From positions 23,132 to 87,131 of the forward strand of contig CALVLA010000002.1 of the NCBI GenBank assembly GCA_944336125.1: a stretch of DNA of 64,000 nucleotides, read 5' to 3'. The notes below the pieces were generated by a model. That model was not told where the DNA came from. It did not search any database and worked only from the letters and a program-made list of their open reading frames with translations. Both the position numbers and the translations under genes were made by a program. Shown in pieces: positions 57,473 to 64,000 of the stretch. The stretch comes from an uncultured Clostridia bacterium (lineage in GTDB: Bacteria > Bacillota > Clostridia > Christensenellales > CAG-314). Position 1 is the stretch's first letter. Each line of letters starts with the position of its first letter.

Positions 57473-58505
57473 TTTTTTCGAGATAACTGTTTCTTAGCTG
57501 TCCGCAGGCGCCGTTTATGTCAACGCCCATTTGCCTTCTTATAGTTGCGGAAACGTTCATTTTTTCAAGCATTTCCAAAAATTTTTGAGCTTTGTCCTCT
57601 TTTGTGGCTTTCAAGCCTCTTTCTTTTACGGGATTTAGTCTTATGAGATTGATGTGACTTGAAAAACCCCTTACAAGTTCGGCAAGACGCCTTGCGTCTT
57701 TTTCCGAATCGTTTTGACCTTCAATCAAAGTGTATTCAAAAATCACCCTTCGTTTTGTCTTTTCGAAGTAATATTTTGCCGCCTGTGTAATTTCAGCGAT
57801 AGAATACTTGTTTGCAATTGGCATAATTTCCTTTCGTCTTTCGTCATAAGGCGAGTGAAGCGAGATAGTCAGGTTTATCGGCAGTTCAAGGTCGGCAAAC
57901 GCTTTCATTTCGGGAACAAGGCCGCAAGTAGAAAGAGAGATGTTCCTGTACGAGATATTAAGTCCTTCCGGCGCGTTGGCGTTTTTAAGAAATTTGACAA
58001 CGTTTTCATAGTTGTCGAAAGGCTCGCCGCTTCCCATCAAAACGATGTTTGTGATTTCCCTTTTTTCGATCGTGCCGCCGTTTATTCTGTTTGCTACAAT
58101 TACCTGCGCCAAAATTTCGCCCGCCGTAAGGCTTCTCACGAGCCCATTTAAGGTGGATGCGCAAAACTTACAGCCCATACGGCAACCTATCTGGGTTGAA
58201 ACACACAAAGTTTTGCCGTATTTGTAATTCATCAAAACACCCTCTATCACGTTGCCGTCATAAAGTTTGTAAAGGTATTTTTGGGTTTTGTCCTTGGACA
58301 CAAGTTTTGTTTCGATGTCAAGCGGCACCGCGATAAAGTTTTGTTTCAGCAGATTTCTGGTATTTTTGTCAATGTCCGTCATCCCGTCAAAATCAACGCC
58401 TCTTAAAACCCACTTGAAAACCTGAGCCGCTTTGTATTTTGGCAAATTGAATTTTGCAAGTTCCTCCGTCAGTTCGGAAAGGTTAAAATCCGCTAAAATT
58501 TTCAT
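57459..58505 (-). CDS. rlmN: 23S rRNA/tRNA adenine-C2 methyltransferase RlmN
   Basis: Radical SAM CRMGCKFC and C-terminal GACGQL. Confidence 0.95.
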   Translation of the reverse strand: MKILADFNLSELTEELAKFNLPKYKAAQVFKWVLRGVDFDGMTDIDKNTRNLLKQNFIAVPLDIETKLVSKDKTQKYLYKLYDGNVIEGVLMNYKYGKTLCVSTQIGCRMGCKFCASTLNGLVRSLTAGEILAQVIVANRINGGTIEKREITNIVLMGSGEPFDNYENVVKFLKNANAPEGLNISYRNISLSTCGLVPEMKAFADLELPINLTISLHSPYDERRKEIMPIANKYSIAEITQAAKYYFEKTKRRVIFEYTLIEGQNDSEKDARRLAELVRGFSSHINLIRLNPVKERGLKATKEDKAQKFLEMLEKMNVSATIRRQMGVDINGACGQLRNSYLEKNAER

Positions 58506-59773
58506 ACGTTTTTCCTTTTGAGTCTGGCAATGAAAAAGCCGTCGGTTTTATCTCTGAAAGGCAAAAATTGAATATAGCCTTCTTTTGTTTTGGGAAAATC
58601 AAGTTTGATTTCGTCCACTTGAAAGTCAGGATTGTTTTTCAAAAATTCGTTTACGACAAAATCGTTTTCCTTTTTAAAAATCGTGCATGTCGAATAAACA
58701 AGCGTTCCGCCCTCTTTTACGTACTTTGAGGAAACCTTCAAAATTTTCGACTGAATTTTGCTTAGTTCAAAAATGTCCTGTTTTGTTTTGAAAAGCTTGA
58801 CGTCAGGTTTTGACGACAAAACACCAAAACCGCTGCAAGGCACGTCGCACAAAACAACGTCGAAAGCATTTTTAAAACTTTCGTTAAAAACTGTGGCGTC
58901 GTTTACGCAAACCGACAAATCCGCGCCCATGCGTTTCGCATACTTTTCAATGAGTTTTGTCCTGTGCAAATGGATGTCACACGAAGTCACCTGATTTCCC
59001 ATTTGCGCAAGATAAACGCTTTTTCCACCGGGAGCCGCGCAAACATCCAAAACTTTTTTGCCTTTTGCCGCAACTGCTTTGCAAACGTACATTGACGAAA
59101 GTGACTGCGGAGTAAACAGTTTTGTGTCAATCTTAAAAACTTGTCCGTCTGTATAAAAAGCGTCATCGAGAGTTTTTTGATGAAAAATTCCTTTTTCTTC
59201 AAGCAGTTTTTCAAATTCCTCAACCGAAATGATTTGAGTGTTTACTCTCACGTGCGTGAAGTTGTTTTCGTCATCGTGTGCCAAAATTTTTTCCGCAATT
59301 TCTTGGGTATAATCTTCCGAAATCATGTCGACAACCCAAAGCGGAAAAGAATAATATACCGACAAAAACTCTCGGCGGTTTTCAGGGTATTTTATGTTAT
59401 TTTGCTTTACTGCATTGCTGATGTTTTTAAGCGTAGCGTTTACAAAACCTGACATTCCGCCTTTGCCCAACTTTTTCGTAAGCTCGACGCACTCGTTGAC
59501 CACCACGGGAGCAGGAATCGAAAGATATAAAAAGCAGTAAACTCCCATTTGCAAAACGGGAAGCAATGACGGTTTTACGCTTTTTGAAAAGCTCTTTATT
59601 ATATAAGAGAGCTTGATATTTTTGTCCACCACGCCGTAAACGAGTTTTGAGGTAAGCGGTTTTTCCTCAGGCGAAAGATTTTGCAAAAACTCGTTGAGCT
59701 CTTGCCCCGAAAAACTCTTTTTACGATAGATATTGTCTATACACTTGTACGAAGCCAAAAAACTGTTTCTCAT
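58502..59773 (-). CDS. rsmB: 16S rRNA cytosine-C5 methyltransferase RsmB
   Basis: NusB-like N-domain, SAM motif DVCAAPGGKS, catalytic DVPCSG and YSTCT. Confidence 0.9.
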   Translation of the reverse strand: MRNSFLASYKCIDNIYRKKSFSGQELNEFLQNLSPEEKPLTSKLVYGVVDKNIKLSYIIKSFSKSVKPSLLPVLQMGVYCFLYLSIPAPVVVNECVELTKKLGKGGMSGFVNATLKNISNAVKQNNIKYPENRREFLSVYYSFPLWVVDMISEDYTQEIAEKILAHDDENNFTHVRVNTQIISVEEFEKLLEEKGIFHQKTLDDAFYTDGQVFKIDTKLFTPQSLSSMYVCKAVAAKGKKVLDVCAAPGGKSVYLAQMGNQVTSCDIHLHRTKLIEKYAKRMGADLSVCVNDATVFNESFKNAFDVVLCDVPCSGFGVLSSKPDVKLFKTKQDIFELSKIQSKILKVSSKYVKEGGTLVYSTCTIFKKENDFVVNEFLKNNPDFQVDEIKLDFPKTKEGYIQFLPFRDKTDGFFIARLKRKNV

Positions 59774-60696
59774 TTTCCGAGGATATCGCCTGTTTTAATT
59801 TTTCTTCCGTTTATGAAATCTTTGAAGTTCAAAACTTTTCCGCCGGCAATCTGAACGGAAAGCAATTTGAGACTTCCCTTTCCGCAATTTACGATTAAAC
59901 CGTTTTTGTCACAGCTTGCCACAAGACCGTTTTCACCTTCGATGCGATTTTCGCAAAATTCGCTCTTATAAATTTTAAAAACGTTTCCGTTTAAAAAAGT
60001 GTAAGCTACGGGATTCGGATTAAGCGCTCTTATGAGGTTGAAAATCTCTTGCGCACTTTTAGACCAATCGATAAAAGAAATCGAGTTGTCTATTTTTTTA
60101 CAATACGTTGCTTCTTTTTCGTCTTGTTCACGAAGCGTCAAATTTCCTTTTTCCAACAAATCCAAAACTTCGCAAAGTTTTTCGCTTCCCAAATCGGCAA
60201 GTTTTTTCAAAACATCGCAAGCATTGTCCTCTTTTTCGATTTTAAGTTGCGTCTGAGCCGCGATGGGTCCGCTGTCCATTGCAAGCGCCGTTTTCATAAT
60301 TGTGACGCCCGTAATTTCGTCGCCGTTCATGATAGAAAACTGAACCGGAGCCGCTCCCCTGTATTTAGGAAGCAATGAACCGTGAACGTTAAAAACTCCG
60401 TAACGAGGTAAAGACAAAATCTCTTGAGACAAAATCTGACCAAATGCCGCAGTGACAAAAACATCGGCATCAAGTTGCTTAAGTTCGTCAATACCCTGTT
60501 TGGAAACTTTTTCGAATTGCAGACAAGGCAAACCTTGTTGCAAAGCCAGTTGTTTTACCGGACAAACAACGACTTTGTTTCTGTTTCCCAAACTGTCTGG
60601 CTGACAGACGACCGCCGAAACAGTGTGATTTGTTTTTAAAAGATTGTTTAAAACGTCGGCTCCGAACTGCGGAGTACCGAAAAAAACTATTTTCAT
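59770..60696 (-). CDS. fmt: Methionyl-tRNA formyltransferase
   Basis: MKIVFFGTPQF...NVHGSLLPKYRGAAP. Confidence 0.95.
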   Translation of the reverse strand: MKIVFFGTPQFGADVLNNLLKTNHTVSAVVCQPDSLGNRNKVVVCPVKQLALQQGLPCLQFEKVSKQGIDELKQLDADVFVTAAFGQILSQEILSLPRYGVFNVHGSLLPKYRGAAPVQFSIMNGDEITGVTIMKTALAMDSGPIAAQTQLKIEKEDNACDVLKKLADLGSEKLCEVLDLLEKGNLTLREQDEKEATYCKKIDNSISFIDWSKSAQEIFNLIRALNPNPVAYTFLNGNVFKIYKSEFCENRIEGENGLVASCDKNGLIVNCGKGSLKLLSVQIAGGKVLNFKDFINGRKIKTGDILGK

Positions 60697-61157
60697 CTTC
60701 CTTTTCTCATATCAATGCGTTTTACCATCTTGTCTACAAACAAAACTCCGTCAAGATGATCCATTTCGTGCAAAATAACTCTCGCAAAATATCCTTCCGC
60801 TTTAAGGTTGTGTTTTTCGCCGAAACGGTCAAAATACTCTATTTCGATTTTTTCAGGACGCTTAACAAGCCCTCTGCAGTCGGTAACACTGAGGCAACCT
60901 TCGTTGTCAAGGCACTCGCCTTCGGAATAAATCAATTTAGGGTTAACAAGTTCAAAAAACTTATCCTCGTATTCAACTATTACGGCACGTCTCAACACGT
61001 TAACTTGCGGACTTGCGAGTCCCAACCCCGAAACATAGTCCAAAGTATCTTTAAGGTCGTCAAGCAAATCCCAAAGTCTTTGGTCGAATTTTTCGACAGG
61101 TTTGCAAATTTTTCTCAAGTTAGGGTCACCTTCGGTAATAATTTTTCGTGTAGCCAT
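60693..61157 (-). CDS. def: Peptide deformylase
   Basis: GLASPQV, EGCLS and HEMDHL motifs. Confidence 0.95.
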   Translation of the reverse strand: MATRKIITEGDPNLRKICKPVEKFDQRLWDLLDDLKDTLDYVSGLGLASPQVNVLRRAVIVEYEDKFFELVNPKLIYSEGECLDNEGCLSVTDCRGLVKRPEKIEIEYFDRFGEKHNLKAEGYFARVILHEMDHLDGVLFVDKMVKRIDMRKGR

Positions 61158-61165
61158 AATTCACC

Positions 61166-63361
61166 TCAATTCATGTTTTGCGGATTTTTTTCCACAAAAA
61201 CGCTTACGTCTTTAAATTGTTTCACATCGGAAATTTCAAAAATTTTTTGAATCACCTCATGCGAAACGTTTCCCTTTGTTTTAATTAGAATTTGAAAACG
61301 ATATTTTTTTTCAATACGTTTGACGGGAGATTTCATTTTTGTGACAAACAGAATTTCATCCCTTTCGTTTCTCAGCTCCTGAATAAGGGCAAATTGTTTG
61401 TTAAGCGTCGAAATGCAATTCTGCTCGTTTTCCCCCGAAAACAAAATTCTGATTACGGTAGCAAAAGGAGGAAAACCAGTCACTTCCCTTATGTTAATTT
61501 CTTTTTTGTAAAATCCGAGATAATCCTGCTTTGCCGCAAGCTGCAGCACCCAGTTATTCGGAGTAAATGTCTGCAAAACGACTTTGCCCTGCTTTTTATC
61601 TCGGCCGCTGCGGCCGCTGACCTGTGTCAAAAGCTGAAAAGTCCTTTCTCCCGCTCTGTAATCCTCAAAATGCAGACTTTGGTCGGCATCGAGAATACCG
61701 ACGAGAGTAACGTCTTTGAAATCGTGCCCTTTTGCCACCATTTGAGTGCCGACAAGTATTTGGGCTTTTTTCTGCGAAAATTCTTGTATTATTTTTGAAT
61801 GCGCTTCCTTATTTTTGGTAGTGTCAAAGTCCATTCGTAAAATGCCTACGTCGGGAAAAAGCGATTTTAGTTCGCTCACAACCCTTTCGGTGCCTATTTT
61901 GCCTTTTCTTATGAAAGGACTTTTGCACTCCGGACACAAGTCAAACATCCTGTAACGCTTTCCGCAGTAATGGCATTTGAGCAAATTTTCGTCGGCGTGA
62001 TAGGAAAGGCTGACGTCGCAGTCAAAGCATTTTGCAGTATAACCGCATTTGGCGCACATGACAAAGGAAGAATATCCTCGTCTGTTCAAAAACAAAATTG
62101 CCTGATTTCCCTTTTTAATAGTGTCTTTAAGCTCGTCGAAGAGCCTTTGGGACAAAAAGCTTTTGTTTCCGCCTCTAAGCTCTTTTGCCATGTCCACGAT
62201 TTCCACTTCGGGAAGAGGCCTGTTGTTTATTCTGTTTTTAAGTTGTATAAGAAAAATTTCGTTGTTTTGTGCCTTGAAAAAAGTTTCCACCGAAGGTGTT
62301 GCAGAACCCAACACCAATTTGGCTCTGTTGAAATTTTTTCTGAAAGCAGCGATGTCGTAAGTGTTGTATCTCGGATTAGATTCACTTTGATAGCTTGAAT
62401 CGTGCTCCTCATCAATGATAATTACCCCGACATTTTCAAGCGGAGCAAAAACCGCGCTCCTTGCTCCCAAGGCGATTTTGGCTTCACCTGTTTTCAAGCG
62501 CAACCACTCGTCGTATCTCTCACCCGCCGAAAGTCCGCTGTGCAAAATCGCGACCTGTTCACCATAGCGAGTACGGAAAAGTTTGAGCATGTTGGGTGTC
62601 AGCGAAATTTCGGGAACAAGCATAATTGCCGTCTGATTTTTAGTCAAAATACTATCTATGACAGACATATATATCTCTGTTTTACCACTTCCCGTAACAC
62701 CAAACAGCAAAAATGTATCTTTTTCGCTATTTAATATGGTTTCGATAGCATTTTTTTGATCTTGGGTATGAATAAGCTCAGTTTTATTTCCGATGAGGTT
62801 TTTGTAAGGAATTCGGTTTTGTTTTTCTTCTTTGACCGTCAAAAACCCCTTCTGTTCCAACGCCCTTATGCTGGCAGCACCGTATTTCTGACTAAGCTGA
62901 GTAAAATTGCCTTTTTCGTTTTCAGTCAAAAATTCAATGAGAGCTTTTTGATTTTTTGCCGATTTCGAAAGAGACGAAAGCATTTCCTCTTTCGGCAAAT
63001 CCTTGTTTATGTATGCGACTTTTATTTTAAGCGATTCAATCCTTCCGCCGCGCATTTGCGAAGGCAAAAACAATCGGAGCGCGTCTATTAACCTGATGTG
63101 CAGCTCCGATACCATAAATCGCATGAGCGAAAGCATTTCGTCGTTTATTGTCACAAAGTCATCGAGTACTTTTGAAATTTTTTTAAGTTTTGTTTCGTCG
63201 ACGTTACTCTGCTCTTTTTTGTTTATTACAAAGCCTTCGATGTTTCTCTTTCCGAACGGAACGCTTACTCTTGACCCGACTTTTACACTTTCGTCGCCGA
63301 TGTAATCAAACACGCGATCGACTTCGCTGTTGGAGATGTCAACGATTACTTCAAAAATCAT
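61166..63361 (-). CDS. priA: Primosomal protein N' (PriA helicase)
   Basis: GVTGSGKT, DEEHD and a Cys-rich zinc region (CAKCGY..CFDC..CHYCG..CPEC). Confidence 0.95.
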   Translation of the reverse strand: MIFEVIVDISNSEVDRVFDYIGDESVKVGSRVSVPFGKRNIEGFVINKKEQSNVDETKLKKISKVLDDFVTINDEMLSLMRFMVSELHIRLIDALRLFLPSQMRGGRIESLKIKVAYINKDLPKEEMLSSLSKSAKNQKALIEFLTENEKGNFTQLSQKYGAASIRALEQKGFLTVKEEKQNRIPYKNLIGNKTELIHTQDQKNAIETILNSEKDTFLLFGVTGSGKTEIYMSVIDSILTKNQTAIMLVPEISLTPNMLKLFRTRYGEQVAILHSGLSAGERYDEWLRLKTGEAKIALGARSAVFAPLENVGVIIIDEEHDSSYQSESNPRYNTYDIAAFRKNFNRAKLVLGSATPSVETFFKAQNNEIFLIQLKNRINNRPLPEVEIVDMAKELRGGNKSFLSQRLFDELKDTIKKGNQAILFLNRRGYSSFVMCAKCGYTAKCFDCDVSLSYHADENLLKCHYCGKRYRMFDLCPECKSPFIRKGKIGTERVVSELKSLFPDVGILRMDFDTTKNKEAHSKIIQEFSQKKAQILVGTQMVAKGHDFKDVTLVGILDADQSLHFEDYRAGERTFQLLTQVSGRSGRDKKQGKVVLQTFTPNNWVLQLAAKQDYLGFYKKEINIREVTGFPPFATVIRILFSGENEQNCISTLNKQFALIQELRNERDEILFVTKMKSPVKRIEKKYRFQILIKTKGNVSHEVIQKIFEISDVKQFKDVSVFVEKNPQNMN

Positions 63362-64000
63362 TTTTTATCTCCAAAAATTTTGTCGATTATGAGGTTTGCG
63401 AGTTCCGCTTTCGACATCAAAGGATAATCAACGGAATGTTCGTTTTTATCTATAATAGTAACTATATTTGTTTCGTAATTAAATCCCGCGCCCTCTTTTG
63501 TCACGTCGTTTGCCACGATAAAATCAGCATTTTTGCTTTTAAGCTTTGAAAGCGCGTTGTTTTTGAGATTTTCGGTTTCGGCGGCAAAAGCAACCAAAAC
63601 CTGCTTGTCATTTTTGTTTTCGCCAACGTATTGCGCGATATCCACGTTTTTAACAAGTTCCAGCGTTATTGCCTTGCCTTTCAGCTTGTTTTTGATTTGG
63701 TCTTTTGTTTTGTAATCGCAAGGCGCCGCAGCCATGACAAAAGCATCGAAGTCATTGATATTTTCGCTTACCGCGGCAAACATCTCGTCGGTAGTTCCGA
63801 CAAGCTTGATTTTAATGTTTTCAGGCAGTTCACAGCTGTGTCCGCCCATGACAAGCAAAACGTCTGCTCCTCTGTCAGCGGCATTTTTTGCCAATTCGCA
63901 GCTCATTTTCCCGCTGGAATAATTTGTCAGGCATCTTACGCCGTCAAGCGGCTGTGACGTAGAACCTCCGGTGATAAGTATTTTTTTGCCCTTAAGGTCC
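63358..64000 (-). CDS. coaBC: Phosphopantothenate--cysteine ligase domain of CoaBC (5' end outside the window)
   Basis: The frame stays open to the window edge: ..DLKGKKILITGGSTSQPLDGVRCLTNYSSGKMSCELAK. This is the CoaB signature, and the position before priA matches Bacillus. Confidence 0.85.
   Translation of the reverse strand, partial: DLKGKKILITGGSTSQPLDGVRCLTNYSSGKMSCELAKNAADRGADVLLVMGGHSCELPENIKIKLVGTTDEMFAAVSENINDFDAFVMAAAPCDYKTKDQIKNKLKGKAITLELVKNVDIAQYVGENKNDKQVLVAFAAETENLKNNALSKLKSKNADFIVANDVTKEGAGFNYETNIVTIIDKNEHSVDYPLMSKAELANLIIDKIFGDKK

Overview
This window is a 64-kb core chromosomal segment from a low-GC Bacillota genome, most likely class Clostridia. The signals for that placement are a SCIFF peptide/maturase pair, YtxC-like and YlxY-like genes, RNase Y, a T-box leader and an L20-type leader. 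I call 62 protein genes (two truncated at the window edges) and 4 tRNAs: Trp-CCA on the plus strand, and a Gly-GCC/Cys-GCA/Leu-TAA cluster on the minus strand. I also call many intrinsic terminators and sigma-A-like promoters. Almost everything from 10.7-52.8 kb and from 55.3-64 kb lies on the minus strand. Gene order reproduces several conserved Bacillus-type blocks. They are: mutL-miaA; rpsO-pnp-deacetylase-M16 peptidase-ftsK-rimO-pgsA-cinA-recA-rny; ruvCAB-queA-tgt-yajC...secDF-recJ-relA; ytxC-thrS-infC-rpmI-rplT; and coaBC-priA-def-fmt-rsmB-rlmN-rsgA-rpe-thiN / rpmB / yloU-yloV. I found no CRISPR array, IS element, prophage or recognisable defence island, and I cannot point to a convincing new multi-gene system. 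The items most worth a second look are these: (1) the SCIFF RiPP precursor and radical-SAM maturase, with their own consensus promoter and two tandem attenuator hairpins between precursor and enzyme; (2) a PadR-type regulator fused to a long acidic linker and a four-helix membrane anchor; (3) a recurring leaderless-type promoter layout (-10 box 6-7 nt from the ATG, no Shine-Dalgarno (SD) sequence) at lexA, ruvC and a divergent padR-like/ygjP-like pair; (4) a symmetric variant of the LexA (Cheo) box at the lexA promoter; (5) absence of prpC-prkC and hfq from their usual slots. All protein identities come from motif and family recognition by eye. No database search or folding program was run.
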